Notes: generated by a model from the sequence alone, not told the origin. Positions 1-7,595 are shown, counted from the stretch's first letter. The stretch is 57,866 bases of DNA from a virus (IMGVR_UViG_3300013014_000035:1-57866), one strand, 5' to 3'. Program-made: numbers and translations.

Positions 1-13
1 AATAAATCTCTGG

Positions 14-42
14 TTGACAGCCGTGCCTAAGCTTGATATAAT
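14..42 (+). promoter_or_regulatory. sigma70-type early promoter
   Basis: TTGACA(14-19)-17 nt-TATAAT(37-42), extended -10 TG. Confidence 0.85.
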
Positions 43-70
43 CCAACTGTAGACAAAAGGATACATCATC

Positions 71-295
71 ATGAACACTGACAACATTTGGACTGCCTTG
101 GCCACCTTCGGTAACGCTAGGATCTCTAATGATGCGATCTACGCCATGGCCCTTGATTGGAATGTGATGGTTGAGGTCGCTCAGCGCTGGATCCGGAATC
201 AGTTGAACTCTGAGGCTAATCTCGAGGGTGTGTCACTCCGAATCAATTCACTGGCCGATGGTCGCCTCGACGTCTACCTCCGGAAGTTCACCTAA
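71..295 (+). CDS. hypothetical early protein (paralog of 6826-7053)
   Basis: ORF behind promoter with AAGGA RBS; shares MNTDxIW...EAxxEGVxLR with 6826-7053. Confidence 0.75.
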   Translation: MNTDNIWTALATFGNARISNDAIYAMALDWNVMVEVAQRWIRNQLNSEANLEGVSLRINSLADGRLDVYLRKFT

Positions 296-317
296 CACAT
301 ATGTAATAAGTTAACCG

Positions 318-346
318 TTGACAGTCACCCTCTAGCCTGATATAAT
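318..346 (+). promoter_or_regulatory. sigma70-type early promoter
   Basis: TTGACA-N17-TATAAT with TG extension. Confidence 0.85.
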
Positions 347-367
347 CCACCATATAAGGAGACAGAC

Positions 368-553
368 ATGACCTCAGCTTACTTTGCCGGCCGCAAGGCC
401 TACCACTATGGATTGCCGACCACGGGTAACCCCCACCGGTACTACACTGCAGAGTATCATGATTGGCGCGATGGTTGGGAAGATGAGCAGTACGAAGAAG
501 ATGAACGCTATGACCGTGATATGGAAATGGCGCTGCATGAGGAGGATTGCTGA
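368..553 (+). CDS. RMF/CrpP-like small protein
   Basis: AYFAGRKAY..G....NPH......DWRDGW resembles the RMF pattern A.xRGYxAG..G...CPY.....WLGGW; AAGGAG RBS. Confidence 0.6.
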   Translation: MTSAYFAGRKAYHYGLPTTGNPHRYYTAEYHDWRDGWEDEQYEEDERYDRDMEMALHEEDC

Positions 554-555
554 TC

Positions 556-765
556 ATGCTCTATGGATTAATTGATGCTGCATACAAAGAAGGATATGCA
601 GCATACCCAGGTAAGGGACCATGTCCTTACTTAACTATTGATAATGATCCGGAACAAGTATCATTGGAAAAAGCTTGGTATGAAGGTTGGGATGCAGCAT
701 ATTCCGACGAGCTAGATCGCTATATGGAAGGCCTCAGTCGACTGAATGCCGATGCCAAAGATTAA
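556..765 (+). CDS. RMF/CrpP-like small protein
   Basis: AYKEGYAAYPGKGPCPY...AWYEGW; GGAGGA RBS at 541-546 favours ATG 556. Confidence 0.65.
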   Translation: MLYGLIDAAYKEGYAAYPGKGPCPYLTIDNDPEQVSLEKAWYEGWDAAYSDELDRYMEGLSRLNADAKD

Positions 766-835
766 CAACTTGTAATAATTTCCCTATTGACAACGGCCTC
801 TGGCCATGGTATAATCCACTCATAGACAAAGGGAT
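759..835 (+). repeat. 77-bp promoter cassette, exact copy of 1805-1881 (contains promoter 787-815)
   Basis: AGATTAACAACTTGTAATAATTTCCCTATTGACAACGGCCTCTGGCCATGGTATAATCCACTCATAGACAAAGGGAT identical at both sites. Confidence 0.95.
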
Positions 836-842
836 GCATGAC

Positions 843-1226
843 ATGACCGTTACGACCTACACCTATGACGACCAGACCGTTTCCGACCTCCACAAGGATG
901 CCTATGGTACCCGGCCCGGCGCCAGGTTCATGCAGCTTTGGAAAGGTCTGAGCCCGGACGACAAGCAGGGCCTGTGGGAATCCATGTGCATCGAGCTTGA
1001 CCGCAAACAAGAGCGTGAGCGCGAGGGTTATGACTGCGCCTGGAGCTCCTGGATCGATCGGATGTTTGACCTCGCTATAGCGCAGGAAATCTCGGTCGGT
1101 GATGCCATACGTCGGCATGTGAAGGCTGCTGACGTGGGTGGCGACTATGGCTACTACTGCTTCCGTGAAGGCCTGTCCTACGATCGCGAGGCGTATATCA
1201 AGGCGACGGTTGAGTCTCAAGGTTAA
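843..1226 (+). CDS. hypothetical early protein
   Basis: start moved to ATG 843 (MTVTTY) downstream of promoter; motif SDLHKDAYGTRP. Confidence 0.75.
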   Translation: MTVTTYTYDDQTVSDLHKDAYGTRPGARFMQLWKGLSPDDKQGLWESMCIELDRKQEREREGYDCAWSSWIDRMFDLAIAQEISVGDAIRRHVKAADVGGDYGYYCFREGLSYDREAYIKATVESQG

Positions 1227-1247
1227 CACTTTGTAATAATTTCTTGG

Positions 1248-1276
1248 TTGACAACGGCCTCAGGCCATGGTATAAT
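1248..1276 (+). promoter_or_regulatory. sigma70-type early promoter (cassette copy)
   Basis: TTGACAACGGCCTCAGGCCATGGTATAAT. Confidence 0.9.
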
Positions 1277-1301
1277 CATTTTATAAACAGGAGATAGAGA
1301 C

Positions 1302-1529
1302 ATGGAACTTTTGGTTGTTGACTTTGGTGACTCCTACGACCGCTCGGTGGTGGGTGTGGCTCGTGACCTGGCTGAGGCCCGGGTGATGGCTCGAGCCTAT
1401 GTGGCCTCCGTGTGCTGGGAACAGCGCGTGTTGGACGGCCAGTACTTTGCCGTGCAGCGGCATGTGGTTGGTGAGGCTTCCGTCGCGTACGTCCAGGATG
1501 AAGAACTTGACCTGGACGTGGAAGGTTAA
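1302..1529 (+). CDS. hypothetical early protein
   Basis: ORF between promoter cassettes, AGGAG RBS. Confidence 0.7.
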   Translation: MELLVVDFGDSYDRSVVGVARDLAEARVMARAYVASVCWEQRVLDGQYFAVQRHVVGEASVAYVQDEELDLDVEG

Positions 1530-1550
1530 CTCTTTGTAATAAATCTCTGG

Positions 1551-1579
1551 TTGACATTGGCCTCTGGCTATGGTATAAT
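1551..1579 (+). promoter_or_regulatory. sigma70-type early promoter (cassette copy)
   Basis: TTGACATTGGCCTCTGGCTATGGTATAAT. Confidence 0.9.
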
Positions 1580-1604
1580 CACCATATAAGGAAAGGGATA
1601 CCAC

Positions 1605-1811
1605 ATGGCTCGCAAAACCGCTCGTGTCACTCAGGTCTGGACCATTCGGGAGGTTGGCTCCAACGGCTTCCTTGGCACTTATCGGACTTATACGGCTGAT
1701 CAGGCCATCCAGAAGTTCTGGGACGACCAGGCAGCCACTGCCGCTACTTTCCGCCGCTCTCAGCCGATGCGCAAGTTTGCAGTCACGGCCACTGTGGAAC
1801 CGGTAGATTAA
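1605..1811 (+). CDS. hypothetical early protein
   Basis: ORF between cassettes with RBS; stop lies in next cassette. Confidence 0.7.
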   Translation: MARKTARVTQVWTIREVGSNGFLGTYRTYTADQAIQKFWDDQAATAATFRRSQPMRKFAVTATVEPVD

Positions 1812-1881
1812 CAACTTGTAATAATTTCCCTATTGACAACGGCCTCTGGCCATGGTATAATCCACTCATAGACAAAGGGAT
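1805..1881 (+). repeat. 77-bp promoter cassette, exact copy of 759-835 (contains promoter 1833-1861)
   Basis: direct identity seen in sequence. Confidence 0.95.
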
Positions 1882-1885
1882 ACCG

Positions 1886-2272
1886 ATGAAGCTTTATCAC
1901 TCCATCTATCACTATCGTGGTTGCAACCAGCCTCGGACTCCTCGTGAGGTCAAGGATGCTGTCGAACGGGATGAATATGTCAAGATCGCCGTTGTGCAAT
2001 GCCATTCCATGGATGAGGCTTATGCGCTGACTCAGAACATCGATCAGCCATGGACTATGAACCCATGGGTGGAGATGCGACCAGTTCCCGGTCCTTTCAG
2101 GTCGACTATGCCTGGGGATATGATCTCGTGCTGTTACGAGGTTTACATTGTCGGCAATAGTGGATTCGTCTACCTGCCGCACAAAGCCTTCAAAGATCGG
2201 CAACGTGCCCGCCGTGCAAAGGCCATGGCTGAATTCGATCAGTACAACGCTCGCCGCCAAGCGGTAGGTTAA
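1886..2272 (+). CDS. hypothetical early protein
   Basis: ORF behind promoter; motif AYALTQNIDQPW...RSTMPGD. Confidence 0.75.
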   Translation: MKLYHSIYHYRGCNQPRTPREVKDAVERDEYVKIAVVQCHSMDEAYALTQNIDQPWTMNPWVEMRPVPGPFRSTMPGDMISCCYEVYIVGNSGFVYLPHKAFKDRQRARRAKAMAEFDQYNARRQAVG

Positions 2273-2293
2273 CAATTTGTAATAATTTAGGCG

Positions 2294-2322
2294 TTGACAT
2301 CGACGTGTCGGCTTGGTATAAT
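2294..2322 (+). promoter_or_regulatory. sigma70-type early promoter
   Basis: TTGACA-N17-TATAAT, spacer inverted repeat CGAC-GT-GTCG. Confidence 0.85.
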
Positions 2323-2347
2323 CATTTTATAAACAGGAGACATACAG

Positions 2348-2725
2348 ATGCCGAAACGTGAAACTGCCGCTGAACGCGAAGTCCGCTATGCCGAAGAAGC
2401 TCAAGCTGCATTGGCAAAGTTCGAAGCTGAAAAGCCTCTGCGGTTGCTTCGAGTTCTGGCACGTGCTCAAGTGCACGGGATTGCAACATATTTTTCTTAC
2501 GATGATGCAATCGATAATGCTAGCATAAAGATCGTGGGTCATGATTACGAGGTATATCTTGAATCTGATTATTATGGATTGGATGAATATAAATTCAGCA
2601 ATATTGAATATGAGCTGGATGCATTAGACGAGGAGTTGAAGGAAAAGCAACGACTGGCTGAGTTGAAGAAAGTGGCGCTGTCTAAGTTAACTAAGGAAGA
2701 ACAACAACTCTTGGGTCTCGTATAA
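2348..2725 (+). CDS. hypothetical protein, coiled-coil C-terminus
   Basis: AGGAG RBS; ends ALSKLTKEEQQLLGL, a motif common in small phage proteins. Confidence 0.75.
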   Translation: MPKRETAAEREVRYAEEAQAALAKFEAEKPLRLLRVLARAQVHGIATYFSYDDAIDNASIKIVGHDYEVYLESDYYGLDEYKFSNIEYELDALDEELKEKQRLAELKKVALSKLTKEEQQLLGLV

Positions 2726-2735
2726 GGAGATAGCT

Positions 2736-2918
2736 ATGACCAACGTATCCACTATCATCGATCGCCTTCATGCCGCCGCCTGGGCATCAAAGAATGACCG
2801 GGAATCCAATTTCATCTCGGCTCTGGCTAACCGCCTCGAGCATCGGTCGTCCCTGTTCGAGAAGGATCTGACCAAAGTCGAGATTGCCATGATCAGCCGT
2901 TACGCGGGTCTGCAATAA
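2736..2918 (+). CDS. hypothetical protein
   Basis: AAGGAG RBS, 60 aa. Confidence 0.7.
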   Translation: MTNVSTIIDRLHAAAWASKNDRESNFISALANRLEHRSSLFEKDLTKVEIAMISRYAGLQ

Positions 2919-3085
2919 TGGCCCTCTCTGCAGACGTTGATTTCTCGGCTATTCGAATGCCATCTAGTGTTGTGTTCCTGCTGTTCGTGGCTATTATCAC
3001 TACAGGAATTACATTGACAACCATCTTTGGTCCTGCGCAATTGCCTCCAGGTTCAAAGCTCCAATGTGAGGTTGTGCCTCGCTAG
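2918..3085 (+). CDS. small membrane protein (55 aa, not in ORF track)
   Basis: TAATG overlap; MALSADVDFSAIRMPSSVVFLLFVAIITTGITLTTIFGPAQLPPGSKLQCEVVPR with one hydrophobic helix. Confidence 0.6.
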   Translation: MALSADVDFSAIRMPSSVVFLLFVAIITTGITLTTIFGPAQLPPGSKLQCEVVPR

Positions 3086-3110
3086 ATTAACTTTTTTAAT
3101 AATTTAATCG

Positions 3111-3139
3111 TTGACAACGGCCTCTGGCCATGGTATAAT
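3111..3139 (+). promoter_or_regulatory. sigma70-type early promoter (cassette copy)
   Basis: TTGACAACGGCCTCTGGCCATGGTATAAT. Confidence 0.9.
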
Positions 3140-3162
3140 CCACTTCTAAACAGGAGATAAAC

Positions 3163-3603
3163 ATGACCGATTTTGAAAACGAAGTCCTGGCTATGATGTC
3201 CTTCAGAGAGCAGGATCTCCTGCTTCGTGTCTTGGCCTTGTCTTCTTGTCGTGAGGGTGCTATCGTCAGTCTGGTGGCTGGACGACTGCAGGACATGATG
3301 AATAGCGGTCTAATGGATCGCCTCTATCCGGAACTGGTTGATGCAGTCGAAGCGGAAACGGTAGTAGTGAAATCAAAGCCTGTCGAACCTGTGGTTACAC
3401 CTGAAGTGGTTACAACTACCACTTCTATGGAGGTTGGCGATATTGTTATTGCCAATTGGAATATTGCTAACACGCCTGGTCTGAACGGCGATGTTGTAAA
3501 GATCCTCGTATTTGAAGGTGATCAAGTTTGTGTCAAGCATCCGGGTGGTACAATTTCAGTTTTCAATGTAAAGAATCTTCGACCCATTCCAAAGGATTTT
3601 TGA
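3163..3603 (+). CDS. hypothetical protein, possible C-terminal SH3/KOW-like barrel
   Basis: AGGAG RBS; MEVGDIV...VKIL..EGDQVCVK pattern. Confidence 0.65.
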   Translation: MTDFENEVLAMMSFREQDLLLRVLALSSCREGAIVSLVAGRLQDMMNSGLMDRLYPELVDAVEAETVVVKSKPVEPVVTPEVVTTTTSMEVGDIVIANWNIANTPGLNGDVVKILVFEGDQVCVKHPGGTISVFNVKNLRPIPKDF

Positions 3604-3605
3604 TT

Positions 3606-3911
3606 ATGGTAAACCGTGAACGTATGATGTCCCCAAGGCGTATGGAAACTCTTGATCTAGATTATTCGACTCTGAGTAGCGCATTGGAGACAATCCAATG
3701 TCTCATTGACAAGTATGGTCCGGATGCTATGATCTGTGAATATGATGCAGATTATAGTGACAACAAATATTTGGCTGTATCTGTCAAGGTGCCCGAGACG
3801 GATCAGGAAATGGCCAAGCGTATTAGGGAAGAAGAGCGGTGGGAAGCCGACATGACTGCTCGTGATCGTGTAGAGTTTGAACGGCTCAAGGCCAAGTTTG
3901 GAGATAAGTGA
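3606..3911 (+). CDS. hypothetical protein
   Basis: start ATG 3606; C-terminal PETDQEMAKR...FERLKAKFG motif common in phages. Confidence 0.7.
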   Translation: MVNRERMMSPRRMETLDLDYSTLSSALETIQCLIDKYGPDAMICEYDADYSDNKYLAVSVKVPETDQEMAKRIREEERWEADMTARDRVEFERLKAKFGDK

Positions 3912-4135
3912 TTATGACTGCGCTCGAATACGAAGAGGTAATGGCGAATTTTGACTTGTTGATTGTCCATGTACAAAAGCTCCGGACTGATTATAATAAT
4001 GATTATAATAAGCTTCAGGAGAAGTTCCGAACAGCTTGTTGGCTATTACGTGATGCTGCAGATACATTGGCCTGTATGGATGGTGCAAACTATCCACTGA
4101 ATAGTATTATGCAATTCCTAGAGGAGAATAATTAG
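3908..4135 (+). CDS. hypothetical protein
   Basis: coupled ORF, GGAG RBS. Confidence 0.6.
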   Translation: MIMTALEYEEVMANFDLLIVHVQKLRTDYNNDYNKLQEKFRTACWLLRDAADTLACMDGANYPLNSIMQFLEENN

Positions 4136-4380
4136 TGATGACTGATCGAGGAGACACCTACGGCGGTATATTCTGGGTACGTGCGACTGATGGTGGCTGG
4201 CATTCTGCAACCCCGGCCGAATCTTGTGATGAAATCAAGCGGTTGCGTGCCGAGAACATACGGCTACGGGAGTCTCTAACTAACGCTAGCTCTGAAACGT
4301 TTGACACAATTGTACACAACGGAATAGCAATGGAAAATCTACTTAAAATCATTAACGCTGCATTAGAGGTGAAACCATGA
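4135..4380 (+). CDS. hypothetical protein
   Basis: GAGGAG RBS, coupled ORF. Confidence 0.6.
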   Translation: MMTDRGDTYGGIFWVRATDGGWHSATPAESCDEIKRLRAENIRLRESLTNASSETFDTIVHNGIAMENLLKIINAALEVKP

Positions 4381-4631
4381 ATGAATGCAAAGATTGTGAT
4401 CGGATGGACTGCCGTGCACGGGGCTGTATTGCACCTTGCTCTGATTTGGATTACAATAGCGTTTTAAAAGATCGCCTTTATCGGATTTCAGGCATGCCTA
4501 CCCGTACTACCTGGACTAGTGGTCCTATGCCACAGTCCATGGGTTGTATTTGTCCACCTACTAGTGAACAGACGTGTATGAATCCTCTGTGCCCTAGGAA
4601 GCCTATTGGTAAAGCTAATGATGTCACCTGA
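4377..4631 (+). CDS. Cys-rich hypothetical protein
   Basis: CKDCDRMDC..RGC...C and CICPP...C.NPLC; GAGG RBS. Confidence 0.55.
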   Translation: MNECKDCDRMDCRARGCIAPCSDLDYNSVLKDRLYRISGMPTRTTWTSGPMPQSMGCICPPTSEQTCMNPLCPRKPIGKANDVT

Positions 4632-4833
4632 TCCTTATTGGTCTGGTTATGATGACTATAAGCGTGGTCGACATTTCGCGGACAATCCCTATAATTATGA
4701 CACTGACCTGAGTCTTCATCTGATGTGGGGAGAAGGTTATCTGAGTGCATATGAAGATGTCATGAAGAGAATTGAGGCTATTGGCGATCAAGCTCGTGGT
4801 CCTGAACGCCCGCCGCCTTGGCAGAATCCTTAA
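4618..4833 (+). CDS. RMF/CrpP-like small protein
   Basis: PYWSGYDDYKRG.....NPY........WGEGY. Confidence 0.55.
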   Translation: MMSPDPYWSGYDDYKRGRHFADNPYNYDTDLSLHLMWGEGYLSAYEDVMKRIEAIGDQARGPERPPPWQNP

Positions 4834-4875
4834 CATTAGTTAATGGTACATTAACATTTTGTAATAAAATAATTG

Positions 4876-4904
4876 TTGACATTGACCAGGTTTTTTGGTA
4901 TAAT
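4876..4904 (+). promoter_or_regulatory. sigma70-type early promoter
   Basis: TTGACA-N17-TATAAT with TG. Confidence 0.85.
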
Positions 4905-4951
4905 AACCATATAAGGAAGGAAAGGCATAGGGCCTTTCAGGAGACATTGAT

Positions 4952-5410
4952 ATGAACATCATTGAACGACTCGAAGAATTATATGCTCGCGCCAGGGATA
5001 GTGATAGTGTGACAATCCAAGATGCCATCAGGCTGATTGAACTCTATGACGATGCATTGCATACTATTGCTAAAGTGAATCCTAGCGCTAATGCTGCATT
5101 GTTGGATAATGTTGTCCATATGGTAAAAGATACTATTGCACTAGGTCAGCCACAATATTATCGATCTAAGAAGTCTCCTGAAGAAACCGTTGTAGATCTT
5201 AAGAAAATGGCATTTGATCGTAATCGCCATGGTAGCCTCTATGATCGTGGTAGTGCCGACAGTTATTACGAGAGAGAACGGTATCCTCATTGGTATCCGA
5301 ATGGTACTTATAATGGAGACTGTGTTCTTGCTGTAACTGAAGATGAAATTGCCGAATATATGGCTGGATATGATTGGAATGAAGAATTTGGAGACAAAAA
5401 GGGATGGTAA
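4952..5410 (+). CDS. hypothetical protein with RMF-like C-terminal segment
   Basis: AGGAG RBS; LYDRGSADSYY.R...PH...EYMAGY. Confidence 0.7.
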   Translation: MNIIERLEELYARARDSDSVTIQDAIRLIELYDDALHTIAKVNPSANAALLDNVVHMVKDTIALGQPQYYRSKKSPEETVVDLKKMAFDRNRHGSLYDRGSADSYYERERYPHWYPNGTYNGDCVLAVTEDEIAEYMAGYDWNEEFGDKKGW

Positions 5411-5622
5411 CTGCAACCAATGACGCGGCTTCATTCTCTCATAGAGATTTGTATGAGGAAGGTCGCGCCGCATATATTGATCTTGGTACGGCATGGATGC
5501 AGCCTAGGTACTATTTTACGCACGAAGAGTTGCTGGATTGGTGGAATTCTGTATATGAATGGGATGATGCTATGAAAGCGTGGGTTTATACACTAGAAGT
5601 ACAAAAAGCCCTAGAACGTTAA
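5404..5622 (+). CDS. hypothetical protein, weak RMF-like
   Basis: LYEEGRAAY..G....PRY......DWW. Confidence 0.55.
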   Translation: MVTATNDAASFSHRDLYEEGRAAYIDLGTAWMQPRYYFTHEELLDWWNSVYEWDDAMKAWVYTLEVQKALER

Positions 5623-5694
5623 CATAGGTTTATGATATGTTATAGAGATATGATTTACATCATATCAAGAAACCCGGTTTTGTTAACTTAATTG

Positions 5695-5723
5695 TTGACA
5701 GGTGCCGGGTTTTTTGTTATAAT
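5695..5723 (+). promoter_or_regulatory. sigma70-type early promoter overlapping a hairpin, heading paralog array
   Basis: TTGACA-N17-TATAAT; AAACCCGG(5670-5677)/CCGGGTTT(5705-5712) inverted repeat. Confidence 0.85.
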
Positions 5724-5745
5724 AAGACTATAGGAGACACGGAGA

Positions 5746-5931
5746 ATGCGTAATATTACAACTATTCGTTCTGTACCAAATGATACAGCTAATGATCTAG
5801 TGTGGAAAGAAGCGCGCGGGAAAGGTGTCCATTGCGTGATAAACGCTCGGAATGAGTTGGGTTATCAAGTTACAATAGATATCAGAGAACCTATATTGGA
5901 TCAATTTGCAGAAGATTTAGATGATGTCTGA
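5746..5931 (+). CDS. QxxEDL-family miniprotein 1
   Basis: ends IREPILDQFAEDLDDV. Confidence 0.75.
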   Translation: MRNITTIRSVPNDTANDLVWKEARGKGVHCVINARNELGYQVTIDIREPILDQFAEDLDDV

Positions 5932-6109
5932 AGTTACTATGTTGATGATAGATTCAATTCATCATTCACTCGATACGTATCTTGATGCATTATCCGAGGA
6001 AGTACTTGTAGGTGTGACTCTAGGTCCTGTTAGTGATCAAATTGCACTTCAATTACGATATAACCTTCATGATCAGATATATGAGGATCTAGATGTCAAT
6101 TATAAATGA
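5921..6109 (+). CDS. QxxEDL-family miniprotein 2
   Basis: ends LHDQIYEDLDVNYK; overlaps previous stop. Confidence 0.75.
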   Translation: MMSEVTMLMIDSIHHSLDTYLDALSEEVLVGVTLGPVSDQIALQLRYNLHDQIYEDLDVNYK

Positions 6110-6278
6110 AATTAGGCTTCAAGTCAGAATTCAAGCCGGTCATAAGCTCCATGAACCCGAAAGTATTTCTTTAGAGATTTGGGGTGAAGCATATGTTATT
6201 CAGGAAGATGCTGTGCATTTACTTATTATGAATCGTATAATTGCAGATCAGATAGATGAAGATCTAGAAGATGTCTGA
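6093..6278 (+). CDS. QxxEDL-family miniprotein 3
   Basis: ends IADQIDEDLEDV. Confidence 0.75.
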   Translation: MSIINEIRLQVRIQAGHKLHEPESISLEIWGEAYVIQEDAVHLLIMNRIIADQIDEDLEDV

Positions 6279-6462
6279 AACTAAAATTCCAATTTATTAT
6301 GGTCCATATAATAAGGTTCGGAGTCAAATAAGACCTCTAATAGATAGTAATATATGGTATACGATTTATCTTGCGACTCATCATAATATTTTTCAAATTT
6401 CAGATATACAAGTTAGAGAACCAGTTAAAGATCAAATGGAAGAGGATCTAGATCTTGTCTAA
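6271..6462 (+). CDS. QxxEDL-family miniprotein 4
   Basis: ends VREPVKDQMEEDLDLV. Confidence 0.75.
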   Translation: MSETKIPIYYGPYNKVRSQIRPLIDSNIWYTIYLATHHNIFQISDIQVREPVKDQMEEDLDLV

Positions 6463-6649
6463 GAATATACGATATATAATAAAAAGCCAGTGTGCAGAAG
6501 AAGCCTCGGGTAGAACATGGGATACTACAGATGATGGTACCATGCGCCATATAGCATTAAATATACGTATGGATCTGAATGGTCGTATTCATAGACCGGT
6601 AATGGATAATGTGTTTATACAAGTGGATGAGGATTTACGAGATGTCTAG
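6455..6649 (+). CDS. QxxEDL-family miniprotein 5
   Basis: TTG start; ends VFIQVDEDLRDV. Confidence 0.7.
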   Translation: MSKNIRYIIKSQCAEEASGRTWDTTDDGTMRHIALNIRMDLNGRIHRPVMDNVFIQVDEDLRDV

Positions 6650-6836
6650 AATTGTTGAACGGATACACACTGATGTATCAAATGCCGTCTGGAAACAAAC
6701 GGCAATGTCGATGATTGGCTTGGAAGTTCGTAATAAATTTTGGCTTGAACATTTTGTTGTAATTGAAGTTGAAGCTAGAATTGAAGATTATATGGTCAGT
6801 CAAGTTTATGAGGATTTGGAAAATGATGAATACTGA
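6642..6836 (+). CDS. QxxEDL-family miniprotein 6
   Basis: start ATG 6642 (MSRIVERI); ends MVSQVYEDLENDEY. Confidence 0.75.
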   Translation: MSRIVERIHTDVSNAVWKQTAMSMIGLEVRNKFWLEHFVVIEVEARIEDYMVSQVYEDLENDEY

Positions 6837-7053
6837 TGCTATTTGGTTAACATTAGGTGAATGTGGTTGGTATCATAAGACTTTTAATATAGTATATTCT
6901 TATACTGATGTTTTAACGCTCAGAGATATTCTACAGCAAGAAGCAAGAGAAGAAGGTGTTATGCTGAGATGTGAAATTTATACTGGTGGTATGTTTACAT
7001 CCGATACTAATATCACGATGTATGTTTGGTTGGTTCATAAACCATGGTTGTGA
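6826..7053 (+). CDS. hypothetical protein (paralog of 71-295) inserted in array
   Basis: MNTDAIWLTLGECG...LQQEAREEGVMLR. Confidence 0.7.
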   Translation: MNTDAIWLTLGECGWYHKTFNIVYSYTDVLTLRDILQQEAREEGVMLRCEIYTGGMFTSDTNITMYVWLVHKPWL

Positions 7054-7208
7054 ATAAAATTCAAAACATGCGACATATTGACATAACTGAAATTTCTCCT
7101 TATGTACAATTTGCAGTCGGTGATAAATTGTTGCACGAATTTTTGCTTGTTTTGGTCCCATTAAAAGTACAAATAAAAGAAGATCTAAAAAATGTACAAA
7201 ATGACTGA
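7044..7208 (+). CDS. QxxEDL-family miniprotein 7 (54 aa, not in ORF track)
   Basis: MVVNKIQNMRH...LKVQIKEDLKNVQND. Confidence 0.65.
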   Translation: MVVNKIQNMRHIDITEISPYVQFAVGDKLLHEFLLVLVPLKVQIKEDLKNVQND

Positions 7209-7389
7209 AACAGTGCGTAATATTATGGCGGATGATGTATCAGATGCTATTTGGCATAAAACTCATAATATGTTTGCTGTTGGTATTCGAAGTTATGTGA
7301 TTCGTCATGTTGAACCAGCATTCATAGATGACATTTATACGTTACTCGATGAACAAATCAAGGAAAATCTAAATTATGAAGATTATTGA
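7192..7389 (+). CDS. QxxEDL-family miniprotein 8
   Basis: ends LLDEQIKENLNYEDY; DDVSDAIWHKT resembles DVSNAVWKQT of member 6. Confidence 0.75.
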   Translation: MYKMTETVRNIMADDVSDAIWHKTHNMFAVGIRSYVIRHVEPAFIDDIYTLLDEQIKENLNYEDY

Positions 7390-7555
7390 TGTACTTTTGA
7401 GTCATGTATTGTATGATTCTATGCGCGAATCACATAAATCTGTTAGAAAAAACGTTCGATTTATGACATATGCTAGGTTGCAAATGCCAATTTATGATAG
7501 ATTGTCCAATATAAGCTTAGAAAATCAGATTGCAGAAGATATTAACGAAAATTAA
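7376..7555 (+). CDS. QxxEDL-family miniprotein 9 (59 aa, not in ORF track)
   Basis: MKIIDVLLSH...LENQIAEDINEN. Confidence 0.7.
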   Translation: MKIIDVLLSHVLYDSMRESHKSVRKNVRFMTYARLQMPIYDRLSNISLENQIAEDINEN

Positions 7556-7566
7556 CAAATTTTTTG

Positions 7567-7595
7567 TTGACATTGTGATCAAAATTTGATATAAT
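7567..7595 (+). promoter_or_regulatory. sigma70-type early promoter
   Basis: TTGACA-N17-TATAAT with TG. Confidence 0.85.

Noticed and set aside
762-2275. Two minus-strand 155-aa ORFs ending in the identical PFVYEWIIPWPEAVVNREIITSC
   Set aside because: Identity comes from reading the 77-bp promoter repeat backwards; they overlap better-supported + strand genes.
286-3160. Regularly spaced repeats resembling a CRISPR array or integron attC sites
   Set aside because: Repeats are consensus promoters separated by whole ORFs of 200-800 bp; no cas or integrase gene and no attC R/L box structure.
4830-4865. CtrA regulon for all early promoters
   Set aside because: Only one site has TTAA-N7-TTAAC; the others are spaced by 6 nt, so a canonical CtrA box cannot be claimed.
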